Below are positions 13,053 through 26,095 of a stretch of 64,000 bases of DNA, piece by piece; position 1 is the stretch's first letter; each line of letters begins with the position of its first letter. Origin of the DNA: Callorhinchus milii. Lineage: Eukaryota. The translations under genes were made by a program, and so were the position numbers. The notes under the pieces were generated by a model, which was not told the origin of the DNA, made no database searches, and worked only from the letters and a program-made list of their open reading frames with translations. The DNA lies in the NCBI RefSeq assembly GCF_018977255.1, contig NW_024704742.1, positions 128,776,001-128,840,000 of the forward strand. Direction: 5' to 3'.

Positions 13053-13777
13053 GTCTCCCACATTTCAATGATAAAAAGATTAGAAAGTCTACAGGAATAA
13101 GTTTCTGCAAGCAATCCTTTTTCGTAAAACTGTATTTAAGAGCCTTGCCTCTTTATTCACGTCAAAAAATGTAATTGGGTTAAAAACAAATCCAGTTTCA
13201 TATTCAAGACTTGTAATATTGATATTAATTATTGTTTTAAACAAAGGGCTACATTATTGCCACTGAGTAAAATATTTTAGCAAGTACACTGGAGAGAAAA
13301 TTGTGATGTGTTGATTAACACAAGCATTGAAAAGGCTGCAAGATGATAATTAACACTTTGACTGGTCCCTTGGTGAGCTAGAGACAAATTTTCAATGATC
13401 ATGGAGAGAACCCTGACATTGGACCTCTGCCTCACAAATTGGGGCATTGAACTCCTGGTTAGTAGCTATATAGGCTTTGTTCCGATATTTTGTTTAGTTA
13501 AGTCAGTATCCCGCTAGCCTGCTCTCCAAAGCCACAATTTATGAGCTGGAGATTCAATGCTTGGTGCTGGAAGATGCATTTAACACAGTGAATCCTGGAT
13601 TTGAGCACAATGAGCTGGAATCATTGGAATTATAGTTCAGTTTGAGCAGCAAATTAACTTTGATCGAGGTTATTCTAACCAAAACTAAAAGTGTTTCCTT
13701 TTATTTGCAATGTATTTGAAGCATATTTTCATGACTTGCGTGTCAGTTGCCTTGTCCAAATGTTTTGCCCCTGGTGT

Positions 13778-14068
13778 TTAGCATAGAATCAGAGAATTAT
13801 ACAGCACAAAAGGAGGCCATTCGGCCCATCGTGTCTGTGCCGGCTCTTTGAAAAGAGCTTTCCAAATCAATCCCACTCCCTCCCCATAGCCCTGCAAACT
13901 TGTCCACGCCAAATAATTATCTACTTCCCTCTCAAAAGGTGTTATCGAATTGGCTTCCACCACCCTTTCAGGCAATGCATTCCAGATTCGAGCAACTCGT
14001 GTGAATTTTTTTTTTCTCACCTCCCCTCTGTTTCCTTTAACAACTATTTTAAATCAGTGTCCTCGGGT
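13778..14068 (-). mobile_element. CR1 LINE 3' end
   Basis: FTRVARIWNALPERVVEANSITPFEREVDNYL plus GGGCCGAATGGCCTCCTTTTGTGCTGTATAATTCT tail. Confidence 0.92.
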
Positions 14069-14069
14069 T

Positions 14070-14834
14070 GCCCTATCACCTTACTCCTCTGGCTCATTCT
14101 ATTCATTCGAGCACCTTCCATTCTACCACCCCTCCAATCAGTCCCTCAAAATTCTCCTCATTTATTGCCCCCCCCAAAACTGCCCCCACCTTCTTCTCTG
14201 ATGTCTCCACCCTCCTATCTGACCTCTGCCTCTTTTCTGAATGCCTCCTCATCCTCGGTGACTTCAACCTTCACTTCTCACCCTCCTGCTCTATCTCCTC
14301 GGACTTCTCTTCTCTCCATTCCTCTCACAGCCTCTCCCTCCACATCCACTCTACCATCCACGTTCATGGCCACCCATTCGACCTGGTGCTTACAATCACA
14401 GACAAAGCCATCTCCGATTACCATTTTATCTCATTTAACTCCTCAATCCCTCTCCCCACTGCCACCAAACCCATCACCATCTCCTATCACCGCTGTAAAC
14501 CCTCCACCCCGCAATCCCTCTCCGCTGCCCTAGAGTCATCTGAACTCCTCCTCCCCCTCTGGTCTACCACCCGCACTGATTTATCCTCTTTGCTCAATCT
14601 CCTCCACAACAACCTCTCCCACACTCTTGATGCACTTACCCCCCTCCCGAACCATCTCCTACTCATAAATCTCACCCTGGTAGACCAGCCACCTCCACCT
14701 CAGGTACAGGCAGCTGAACGCACCTGGCTCAAGTCTGACCTCATGGTCCACTGGAAGATATAGCTGGACCACATCAAAATGTGACGCTCCGCCCTCGCCT
14801 CCGCCAAATCATCCTTCCACTCCAAGATAATCTT
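14070..14834 (+). mobile_element. L2 LINE ORF2 5' part (APE endonuclease region), frameshifted
   Basis: LKILLIYCPP, FFSDVSTLLSDL, LLILGDFNLH, THVHGHPFDLV, ISDYHFISF are APE endonuclease motifs (YRPP, GDFN, SDH). Confidence 0.9.
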
Positions 14835-15120
14835 CCTTCCACTCTCACTCTGACCTCTTCATCTATGGTCTCATATATTGTTCCAATGAACCACAGTGCA
14901 AGTTCGAAGAACAGCACCTCATTTATCTGTTAGGGACCTTACAGCCCTCTGACCTCAATATTGATTTCAACAATTTTAGACCATAACAGCTCATCTTCCC
15001 CCTCCCCTCTTCTGTGACCATTACCACATCATCTGGGTCCCAGACACACCTTTTCTCTCTCTGATCTACCTGTTTTGTTCCAATTTTTGACCCCCTTTGT
15101 TTCGCATTATTAATACTTCT
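14835..15120 (+). mobile_element. Penelope-like element, GIY-YIG endonuclease C-terminus plus 3' UTR
   Basis: Translates to HSHSDLFIYGLIYCSNEPQCKFEEQHLIYLLGTLQPSDLNIDFNNFRP*, matching the Penelope RK.EEQHLIF.LGTL.P.GLN motif; pyrimidine-rich UTR follows. Confidence 0.88.
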
Positions 15121-15124
15121 TTAC

Positions 15125-15660
15125 AAAAACAACAAAATTACATTTGTAGAGCTCCTTTCATGTCAAGAGGACATCCCAAAGCGCTGGACAGTTAGCTTTC
15201 ATCCAGGACTTGATATCTGACAGACATTCTGTCAGGACAGCAGTGGTCCTGGAGTCAAGGGTGGAGGCAGAGAGTTAGAGTTGGGTGTTATCTGCAAACA
15301 TGTGGAAGTTGATCCCATGTCTGCGGATGATGTTACCAAGAGGGAGCAAGGAAAGAGCCCTGAGGAACGCTGCATGAGATGTTGCAGGGGCTGGAGGAGA
15401 AACCATTTGTGAAGATGAAGTGGAAGCAATGTGAGAGATACGATCTGAACCAGTCAAGGACAGAGCCATGAAGATTGAGGTAAGAGGAGAGGCAGTGGAT
15501 GAGGATAAAATGGTTGACAGCGCCAAAGGCAGCAGAGAGGTTAAAGAGGATGAGGAGGCAGAGGGAGCCCTGGTCACAGATGAACAGAATGTCATTTGTC
15601 ACTTTGATCACGGCTGTTTCTGTGCTGTGGGTGGCACGGAAACCCGATTGGAGGGTTTCT
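15125..15660 (-). mobile_element. L2 LINE fragment (RT region fused to 3' tail) nested in the Penelope-like element
   Basis: IKVTNDIL..CDQGSLCLLILFNLSAAFGAVNH, VPQGS, FHMFADNTQL; type A tail at 15125-15192. Confidence 0.9.
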
Positions 15661-15875
15661 GTGCCGCCATCATCCCCTGTCCTCTACCACATTTACTGCT
15701 TTGTCCTCCTTGCCCTACCTCCCCCCTCTCTGTTAGCCCTTAAATGCCTCTCCCTCCCAACATGCCCCAGTTCTGATGAAGGGTTGTAGCCTCGAAACGT
15801 TGACTCACTTTCTTTTCTCCATAGTTGCTGCCTGACTTGTGTGTGTTCCCAGTGACTTCTGCTTTTGTTTTATAC
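15661..15875 (+). mobile_element. Penelope-like element terminal (pseudo-LTR) region
   Basis: TTCTGATGAAGGG...CGAAACGTTGACTCACTTTCTTTTCTCCATAGTTGCTGCCTGACTTG..TTCCCAGTGACTTCTGCTTTTGTTT is the characteristic vertebrate Penelope terminal sequence; continues the element at 14835-15120. Confidence 0.85.
15769..15805 (+). ncRNA. Minimal type I hammerhead ribozyme (Penelope-associated)
   Basis: AGTT-CTGATGA-A-GGGT(TGTA)GCCT-C-GAAA-CGT-T-GACT: both core boxes, stem II, palindromic ACGT in place of stem III, stem I AGTT/GACT. Predicted cleavage after T15801. Confidence 0.75.
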
Positions 15876-15939
15876 ACTTGAATGTTGTCATAGCATTGCA
15901 TTTGGTTTTCAATACGCTTTAATAACACGTGTTCACATA

Positions 15940-16250
15940 TGAACACAAACGATTCATATCTCCACAAATGGTTTCTCCTCTAGCCCCCGCGCCGTCTTGT
16001 GTGGCGTTCCTCAGGGCTCTGTCCTTCGGCCCCTCCTCAGAGGGCTCCGGCCTGCTTCACGTCTCCCACCTCACTTGCCCCACTATTGGCGGGCAGGCCT
16101 TCTGCTACTCTGCCCCCACCCTCTGGAATTCCACCCCGCAGTCACTCTGCTTCGTTCACTCCCTTGTCTCTTTCAAGACCCATCTCAAGACCCTCCTCTT
16201 CTACCGTGCTTTCGATCGCCCTGCTTCCCCCCTGCCCTCCAGCTATGTCT
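15940..16250 (+). mobile_element. L2 LINE fragment with large internal deletion
   Basis: GVPQGSVL coding joins directly to GSGLLHVSHLTCPTIGGQAFCYSAPTLWNS. Confidence 0.88.
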
Positions 16251-18084
16251 GACCTCTCTGGAATGCTAATAGCTCTTTAGTAGGACCTGCAGGAATCCTG
16301 ACTAAGGAGGTGTACAGTGTTGGGCATGCTCACACACAGGTACTCACTGAGGACATCTTTGAAATCTCCAAATGTATAACACTGCAAGGGGTCATGACAT
16401 TCCTAACCCAGGGAATTTGAATGAATGACAACAGATTGTGTCTCGGGATAGGAGTGGGGTAGGAAATCTGGGCAAAAATAAATGCAAAAGAAAAGAAGCA
16501 AAAACACTGTCTTCAACATCTCCCATACAAATATAAACAGTCATCCGCCCTAGGGGAAAGAAATGATTTATAACCATGTATTTATTTGATTATGTCCTCA
16601 TTCCTTCCTGCTAACAAAATTCAAAATCATACAGTGCTTGAAATCCATTAGGTCAGAAATCTTTCCCATAATAGAACGCCATCCAAAAATTGCATTGCTG
16701 CCTGGATCAACACATTCAACCATTGGGAATGGTGAATGCAAGTTTCCGACACCTGCCTTCAATATCGGAAACTGGTTTATGAATTAACAGAAATTGGATG
16801 GGTTTTAAAGTGTTGTTATTGGATTAAAACTGGCATTGCAGCCCCAGTTCTGAAGCCAATAAAAAGTTACAATATGGGAGATTGATAGGGCTGAGGAGTA
16901 AACGAGAGCAGGCCAATCCCTGAAGTAATTTTAAATTTTAAACCAGAGAATAGCGACTGTAACTCAACAAGCTCATTGGTGGTACACAGCAAGATTATTA
17001 ATAATAATAATCCCTGCATTTGATATAGCGCCTCATCACATCTTCGAGACGTCTCTAAGTGCTTCACAGAATATTGTGTCAAAATAAGTCGATTTACCCA
17101 TGATACTCTGAGGGTTCATTCATCTGTTTGACCTTTATACAGTCATCCTACTTAGAAATGTTAATTTCTCTTCTAATATTGTCTAATAATAGGGAACTAG
17201 ATAAATATCTAAAAAGGAGTCTACTACACTGATATGAGGAATGGGCATGTAAATCAGAATGAAAGGGTTATTAGAAGAATCAGCACAAACACGATGGGCT
17301 GAATGGCCTTCTATTCTGTAAATTCCTATGGTTGTAATTGGCCACGCAATTACTATCTGCTCCTTACAGTATAATTCCTGAGGAAAATGCGTTTTAGGTA
17401 GCCCAGTAGACAATTTGTAGTTGATGTAAAGTCCAATTGTCCACACTATTTGTTGATCCACAATGGTCTCAAATAGTGTGAATAATAATAATAATAATAA
17501 TAAATAATCCTTGCATTTGATATAGTGCCTTATTATGTATTTGAGATGTCTCAAAGTGCTTCACAGAATATACTGTAAAATGTATATTTTGTGGATGTAT
17601 CTCTCAAAAGAAGCAATTTAAGAATTTTTCACAATCCTACACAATCTTAAACTCTAAGATAATTGCTTTACAGCCTAAGACTGAGCAAAAGTTAGCGCTC
17701 CAAGTGGGCCAAAGGGCCTTCTTCATCCGAACCTCTTTTGTACTCTTGTGATAATTAGGGAATTGCATTATGCAGTGCAGTTAATTTCTTCTCGATCAAT
17801 AAGTGTATGGCCAGACTGCACTCACTGCCCATTAATGCTGGCAGGCGACACTATCATTTCCATCTTGCTTATTGATCTGTCAATCTCTGGTCCGATCAAC
17901 CATCATGGTAACTTTCTGGGACGAAACAAAGGAAGCTAACTTGATTCAGTTGCTTCCCTGTTCTGCAGGGTAAATTCCACTATTGGGTTCCAAACCAGAT
18001 TTTGAGCAGTGGCTGATCTGACCACAGGTTTTCACAATGTGCTCACTCTGCATGTTATAAAAATAAAAATATTTTCATAACATG

Positions 18085-18690
18085 GATTTAATATAGTGCC
18101 TTTTATGTCAGGAGGATATCTGAAAGCATTTCTACACTTTGAAGTGCAGTGACTGTATTTTGTAGACAAATGCAGCAGCCAATGTGCACACAACAATATC
18201 CCACAAACAGCCATGAAGAGAATGAACATTTTTTTTTCTGGGGGATTGTTGACCAGAAGACTGAGAGAATTTCCCTTCTCTTTTCAAGTATGCCATGGGA
18301 TTTTTAATGTCCACTTGAACAGGCACAAACGGATTAAAGTCTCAGCTGAAAGACATGTTGCATTTTTGAGCCCATATTCTCGAAACACATCACATCCAGA
18401 GCTCCGTGTGAGGGGCATCTGGTTTCATTGTTATTGTGGCTTTGAATAGCTGCCACCTCGTCACTTTCTGTTGAAACATTTCCCTCCCACGCCCTCTTAT
18501 AGTATTGTTGGCCGGAAAACTGGGTGAAACTGCCTTCCTTTTTGAAATAGTTCTGTGGGATCTTTAAACTTGACATGAACAGACAGATGGTAGCCTGGTA
18601 TAATGTATCATCAGTAGGACAGCACCTCGAACAATGCAATGATCCCCAGTCCTGCACTGGAGTGTCAGCCTAGACAGTGAGCTCAAATTC
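18085..18690 (-). mobile_element. Two Deu-domain SINE (family B) fragments
   Basis: GCCATGGGATTTTTAATGTCCACTTGAACAGGCA and GGACAGCACCTC..ACAATGCA..CTGCACTGGAGTGTCAGCCTAGAC. Confidence 0.78.
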
Positions 18691-19185
18691 AGACATGTTT
18701 CATTTGTCAAGCTCTTGTTCTTGACACCAATGAGTCCTGGTGATGGTTTTACAAACAGACGTAACAAAATTGTATTCAGAATCCAATTTATGATATTTCC
18801 AAAATGGGTAATTGCGATTTCCAAAACTTACCAAAATCCCCCAAAAGATCCAGACATCAAAACAGACAGCAGCATATTCAAACAGGACATTGATTTCCAG
18901 CAGAAAGTTTAGGATAATCACAATTCTTCCCAATGAAATGTTCTCAATCGCAGTAAATATCTGATCAACCTTATCTCATGCTGGGTGGCAGGAACCTCCG
19001 TTGGCTGCAATCCAGAAGTCAGGAATCAGAAGTCAGCCTCCAACATGTCCAGGTACCTGCAGGACTTGCTAATCACAAATCAATCTGTCACTCTAGCAAT
19101 GTAGGTTCCATTGTTAATCCATTCCTATCAGCTGGATGTTACAGTTAATTATTAAGCACCATTTATCATATTTGCAGAGAGTATT

Positions 19186-19420
19186 CAACAGCAACAATAA
19201 TTTACAATTAATATAGCACCTTTCACGTCGGAGGACATCTCAATGTGCTTCACACTACTGGCTGGGAGGCTTAGTGGTGTGGGGGTACCTGCGGAAGGGT
19301 GTGAAGGGGAAAGGTGTATGTAAGCTTGTCAAGGAGGTTGGTCTTAAAGCACGTTTTGAAGGTAGAGAGAGAAGGGACAAATTTAGCGACTCTGGGATGG
19401 AGCTCCAGAGAGTCAGGACA
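19186..19420 (-). mobile_element. L2 LINE 3' end, decayed
   Basis: CACCTTTCACGTCGGAGGACATCTC tail hairpin and GGGATGGAGCTCCAGAG. Confidence 0.75.
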
Positions 19421-22309
19421 AAGAGTTCATTCACTTTCCAACAAATAGCTTCAAACCTATTTTGCAGAGAAAGTTAAATAGAGACGCATAAAATTTTAAA
19501 TGGGGTTGAAATAGTAAATCTAGAACAATACTTTAGAAAGCCCCAAGAAAGTAGAATTTGAGGACATAGGTTTAATGTTGCAAAGGGCAATTTCAGGATC
19601 AGATCATTTGTTGTTTCATTAGGTTGAAATGAACAGAAGGTTATTGATTTACAAACTTCTGTAGTGAGAATAATCTTTCATTACTGATCCTCTGGAACCC
19701 ATGGAGAATTTTGAAAATCGTGTCACCATTTCGCCCACAAAATATACAGTCAATTCACTTTATAGTATATTCTATAAAGTGCTTTGATATGTCTCAATGA
19801 CGTAACAAGGCGCTTTACCAAATGCAAAGATTATTATTATTGCCATTTCTATTTCCAGCGAAAGTGCATGAGCACAAACTGGCCACCATCCTTTGGACAA
19901 TGGGAGTCTATCTGGGATTCTCTGTGCTCACTGCTGAGGGTGGGGTTGACTTTTTTCAAAGTTATAAATGCTGCAGTTGCGTGATCTTGTTTGGCACATT
20001 ACTGATATCAGCAGCTCATAAAAGTTGCATATCTTGAAATGTTACCAAAAATCCAAAAATAGAGGAAGCAAAACTTAAAAGCAAACAAAAAATGCTCCTT
20101 GCTGTTCAAACAAACAGGATACTGCAGCCTATTTTTCTCCACATGTATACATCTGTACATATAAAAAATTATGTTCTGCATTTGGAGTCGCAATTGAAAA
20201 AGAATTCCGAATTTATAGTCTTGCAAATAATCAGTGGCACTGGCCCGAATTGTGTTGCTATGAGCAGCGAGTTCATGGGGAGCAGATTCCAGTGTACTAT
20301 TTCTAAATTGACTGCAGAGCAGTCCTAGCTGGAAATTATTATTAAAACGAATATTCTTGTATTTGGTTCAGTGCCTTATCACATTGGAAGGATATCTCAA
20401 AGAGCTTCACAGCTCTCCAGTGAAACGGAGTGACTCTGTATTTGTAGGCAAACACAGCAGAACAATTGCACTCAGTTATATCTCACAAACAATCATGAAG
20501 TGAATGACCTACTTTATTTGGGGGCTTTGTGGGGCAGGATACCAGGAGAAGCTTGCTTCGTGTTCAGTATTCAACAGCCAGATTGGAGAAGGACACAATG
20601 AGATATTTTCATCCTTACATAAAATTTGAGCTTGAAGATCAATGGGAAGAACATTTGACATAGGTGTTCATTTCAAATGGTTCACACACTGTCACGAATA
20701 CATTGGACAGGAAATATAATTTTTATTTGTAGGCTTGTCGGCCTCTCCCTCTCTCATTTGGCAGTAAACTTCCGAATTGATGGTGGGAATATTGATGTCA
20801 GATTATAGAACCAAATCATCACAGCAATGATCCTTCTGCTACTAAATAATAAAATATATTGAATTATCCATGGAAATTTCATTACGTTATTCTTAACCAT
20901 AAGTCCATTCTGGCTTGGACTCATTACCCAAATGAGATATGCTTTTTGAGATGACCTAGGGAACTCAATAATATACATAAAATACTTATTATTAATGAAG
21001 ACCATTTCCAACAATATTTAACAATCCTTACAATCAATATAGCACCTTTCACATTAGGAGGATGTCTCAAAACATTTTGCAGGATATACTGTAAAGTGTA
21101 GTGACTGTACTTTGTAGGTGAATGCGGCAGCCAATTTATACACAGTTATGTCCAACAATCATCATAAAATTACATAAAAAGCTGTATTTCTCTGTATTAC
21201 AGCAATCGATTAGTGCTGAGTAGTTTAAAGTTTGATTTAAGTACAAAGAAGCACATTTAAGGCTATACAAGGCAAACATCCATTTACCACATTACTTTTG
21301 AGATAAAGATTCTATATTTGAAGCCTATTTAAACTCGGGTTTAACAACAACAATTTAACTTAATATCATGCCTTTCACTTCAAAGCTATGAAACCACCAT
21401 TAAAAGGGTGACTTCTGCGAGCTTTCTCTTTTTCTGCTAATGTTATGATTTTGTCTAAAGTAGCAATGTTAACTGCTCTTCCTTGGGTTCCTTTTCCCCG
21501 GTTTCTTCCTTCTCTTCGGACCTGACAGTGGAAGACTTGGCACAAAATGTCAGCTGTGGATAAGGTTATGAATGAACTGCCAGCATTAAATTATAACATT
21601 GGGATCTTTGTGATCTGAATTTTTTAATCAACAAAAAAGCTCACCAAACGATGTTTTTCCAATATGAAGCATGTTTTGTTGCATGAGTATTCAACTAATT
21701 TTTGAGGGTCAAATTTTCTGGAATGTAAATAAAAGTGGTTAATGGATATTAAATATTTGTTATATTCCATGGACTGTGGCATTGGCATCCATATCATGTT
21801 AGATTGCATTACATGCGTCTGATTTTTTAATACAGCAATGGCAAATAGAGAACTTGGCAGGATCCAAGGACTCTGCAGATGTTCTTCTGCTCCTCCGACA
21901 TGATGCTGAATCCACTTACTTTACTTTCAGCAACATTGGTTACTTTCCCAGAGGCAAACTTTGCCCACTCTTCATGCAGCTTGATATGGAAGAATAATAT
22001 CAATGTATTTTTCACCCGTACTTGTCCTATGCTCTTGTGATCATAGGATACTCAATCCCTCAACAGGGCAGCATTTTATGAAGTACCTTCAGACATGCCA
22101 CCCTGTATAGAGCACTGAGGCTCTTTCTGAATTTGTTGTATTGCAGCCCCTGTTATTTGTTGGTCATAACTCTAAGCAACGTATTCGGGAGTCTAATGTT
22201 TTCCCTTTCTTTTCAATCCATTATTACATTGAGTTAAACTATTTTTTACAATGTCACATTGGAAATAGTTTGGTCTTTACTTAATCTTCACGGACCTCTT
22301 TACTTAATA

Positions 22310-23476
22310 TTCACGGACCTCCCCTTGCCTGGATTGAGTCCTATCTCTCTCACCATCTCCACTTTGTTGCCTCTAACGGTTTCTCCTCCAGCCCCCGCAC
22401 TGTCACGTCTGGTGCCCCCAGGGCTCTGTCCTTGGCCCTCTCCTCTTTAATATCTACATGCTTCCCCTTGGTGACATCATCCGCCGACATGGGGTCAACT
22501 TCCATATGTATGCGGATGATACCCAACTCTATCTTTCTGCCTCCAACCTCAACTCCAGGACCACTGCTGTCCTGACAGACTGCCTGTCGAACATCAAGTC
22601 CCAGATGAGGGCAAACTTTCTACAGTTAAATGTGAACAAGACTGAGGCCCTCCTGATTGGTTCGCGCCAGCGCATCTGCACCTCAGGCTCTGGCAGCATC
22701 AACCTCCATGGTTGCACACTACAACACACCAAGTCAATCAGGAACCTAAGTGTCTTGTTCGACCCTCAACTGTCTTTTCTTCCCCACATCCAAGCCATGA
22801 CCCACTCTGCCTTCCCTCACCTCCGTAACATCGCCTGACTCCACCGTTACCTCACCCCTCAGGCCGCTGAAACTCTTGTTCATGCCTTCATCACCTCCAG
22901 GCACGACTATGCAAACGCCCTGCTTGTCGGCCTTCCCAACTCCTCCCACCACAGGCTGCAGATAATCCAGAACTCTGCAGCCCGCGTCCTCTCCCTCACC
23001 AAACTCTGTGACCCCATCTCCTCCATTCTCGCCCGACTCCATTGGCTCCCTATCCTTCAGAGGATCCAGTTCAAGATCCTGGTCCTCACCTACAAAGCTC
23101 AATGGCCTCACCCCACCCTACCTCTGCAACCTCCTAACCCCCTACCAACCTGCCCGTTCCCTCCGCTCAGCCGGCTCCGGCCTGCTCCACGTGCCCCAAC
23201 CCACATGCCCCACCATTGGCGGGAGAACCTTCAGCCACTCTGCCCCCGATCTCTGGAATTCCATCCCCCAATCACTCCGTCTCGCCCCCTCCTTAGCTTC
23301 CTTCAAGTCCCACCTCAAGACCCTCCTCTTCGGCCATGCCATCGGTCATCCCCCTTCCCCTCCCGTCCCTTCTCCTGCCCTGACCCCAGCTCAGGTCTGA
23401 AATGCTGTACACTGTCCAACGCCTTGGGATGTCCTCCCGACGTGAAAGGCGCTATACAAATGTAATTTTGTTGTTT
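22310..23476 (+). mobile_element. L2 LINE, 5'-truncated (RT domain to 3' tail), pseudogenised
   Basis: [65 protein letters not shown]; in-frame TGA at 22836-22838; type A hairpin and TTG tail. Confidence 0.95.
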
Positions 23477-23754
23477 GTTTTACATGGAATTTCCTATATT
23501 TCTAAAAGTGGAAACCAAGTCAAACTTCAGGTCAAGTGGGTCATTTCTGGTTGGTAGATCTTATTTTAACATTCTAACTCCAACTTGGTTAACTTCCTTA
23601 CCATGCAAGAATGTGAAAATTAATTTTATGAAACGGATTAACGGATTAACTACATATTGTTATCATTGAGTTATTGACCAAATACATGTAAACAGATATT
23701 TTCATCTTGGTCTTTTTAAGATCTCTCTTTTAGGTAAAACTGATTATAAATGCC

Positions 23755-24132
23755 GTAATTCTTGCATTTGACATAGCGCTTCATCACATCCTCAAAATGT
23801 CTCAAAGCATTTCACAGGATTTTATTGTGAACTGTAGGTAAACATGGCAGTCAATTTTGCATGTAGCAATGTCAGACAAACAGCCATGCTGTGAATAACC
23901 AATTTGTCTTTGGGATATTGTTGGCCGGAACACATTTTTTTATTGGAGGATTGATGGCTAGGACACCAGGAGAAACTTCCTTCTTTTTCTAATAATGCTA
24001 TGGAATCTTTAACGCCTTCCTCAATAGGCAGATGGGACCTCAGTTTAACGTCTCAACCGAAAGATGGCACCTCCAACAATGCAGCACATCCCCAGAATTG
24101 CATTGCAGTGTTAGTCGAGACTGTGAATTCAA
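23755..24132 (-). mobile_element. Deu-domain SINE (family B)
   Basis: GGCAGATGGGACCTCAGTTTAACGTCTCAACCGAAAGATGGCACCTCCAACAATGCAGCAC is the antisense Deu domain. Confidence 0.85.
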
Positions 24133-24574
24133 TTATATTACTGTTCCTTGTTGAAACAAAGAGTTAGCCCTCACTTCACATCTGAAGAGACATATTTGGA
24201 GCAATCTGTTCTTTAAAATGAGACAACTGATCTCATCATCATGCTGACATTCCCCAAGTAGCTCTAGAATTTGTTGCAAAAATTCTCTCCCTTAAGGTCA
24301 ATTAATCAGATAGGAAACCACTTGACCTTTCAAGTGGAAGACAGTAGAATTGTTAGCATCGGAGGTTTGGTAAAAAGGATCTGTGGACATTTGTCAAAGG
24401 AAGCAAGAAGATGTCATTAACTTTAATTATTCCTTAAATAATATGCATTATGTTTCATAACAATGTATATTTCACCCCAATTTTAAGTTGACATTTACTG
24501 TTATAATACCGTTACAATTCTATTCTGTACAACTATGCAAGCACAGAATAGTATTGAGTTGCTTGATGCCAACA

Positions 24575-24845
24575 GCAACCAACTTACATTTATGTAGCAC
24601 CCTTCACATAGGATAACCTCTCGAAGCACTTCAGAGTGGTGAGGTTCGGTGCCGAGCAAAGAGACAGGGCAAAGGGGGAGGTGACCAAAGGCCACAGATG
24701 TAGAGGTAGGTTTTAAGGTTAAATTTAAAGCTTTAAAGATAGATAGAGAGGAATGAGGCAGAGAGATAGGGGTTGGAGTTCCAGAGATTAGAGCATAATG
24801 ACTGAAGGCTCAGCCACTGATGGTAGAGTAGGGGGTCATGTGGAC
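24575..24845 (-). mobile_element. Old L2 LINE 3' fragment
   Basis: CAACTTACATTTATGTAGCACCCTTCAC tail, GGAGTTCCAGAG, GACTGAAGGC. Confidence 0.7.
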
Positions 24846-25659
24846 TATGGAAAGGGATAATGGCCGAAATTGCATTTTTCTCATTCCATCCTTTCTTGTG
24901 TTCTTAAGTGTAAAAGGAAAATAGAAAAGAAAAAAATACACGTTATTCGACGACAAAATGAATGTAATATGCAAAACCCACAATAATACTGCTAATGACT
25001 TCCAATTACTTTGTGAAATAATTAACAGTGAAAGGTTCTACCTGAGTTCTATTAAGTTCTACATTTAAAGTCAGTCAAAATTAGCTGGAGCTATTCTGTT
25101 TGATAAAGATTGATATCAATAAGAATCTTTCAGGGTATTGCACTGGGAAGTTTTTGACATTTATCTGAAATAGACCAAGCCAATAATAGATTTATTTTAT
25201 GTTTTAATTAGAATGTCACCTTTAATTTAAAAGACTCAGTCTCTCTGACACAACATCACTTTTGCCCTTCACAGTTCTGTTGAGCTCATTTATGTAGGCT
25301 TTTGCGTGACACCTGCACTTCCCTCCCCCAGATCAGTCTGTGTGAAGTGCTTTGAACTGTTTTCCTGACTTGAGAGGTACTACGTAAATGTTGCTGTTAG
25401 TGTTTGCTTTATTCTATTAACTTATACAGCAATGAAAGTCAATTCCATGCGTTCTTAATTGCCAGTATGTAAATAGGTTGCTTTTTGTGGAACTGTACAT
25501 AATCTGTGCACATCTGAAGCAGATGGGTGAGAGAATGGCCTTGGGATGTCCTTCTGATGTGAAACGAGCAATATAAATTAAGTTTGTTGAATTGTATTGT
25601 AAAATCTTTGTTTTATTGCTTAATATCATTTTCAATATCAGTTTTACAAGTATCATTAG

Positions 25660-26095
25660 GCGTCAGTCTGGCTCAGTTGGTAGGACTCTCTCATGGCTCC
25701 AAGTCAAGCGGTTGTGAGTTCAAGTCCCATGAAGGGAGCTTAAGTTCATTTTCTGGGCTGATTCTCCAGTGCAATGCTTGAGGAACCCTGCAGGTCAGAG
25801 ATGTCAACCTTCAGATGAGATGTTAAAGCAAGGTTCAGTCTGTCTGTTCAGGTAATCTTTAAAGATCCCCTGGTACTATTTAAAAGGAGAAGGGAGTTTG
25901 TCCTAGCCAACAATTCTCCAGATAAAATCAGTCATTGTTTATGCTGTTTGTGGGACATTGTCCACATCAAATTGGCTGCTGCATTCACCTCTACATACAC
26001 AAGCAGTACACTCTATGGTAAATTCTATGATGTGGTTTGCAGCGTTTTAATGATGTGATAAGCCACAACATCAAATGCAAGGATAATTAATATTA
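25660..26095 (+). mobile_element. Deu-domain tRNA SINE (family B), near full length
   Basis: TGGCTCAGTTGG (A box), GAGTTCAAGTCC (B box), CAGATGAGATGTTAAA..AAAGATCCC.TGGTACTATTT Deu domain, shared 3' module. Confidence 0.88.
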
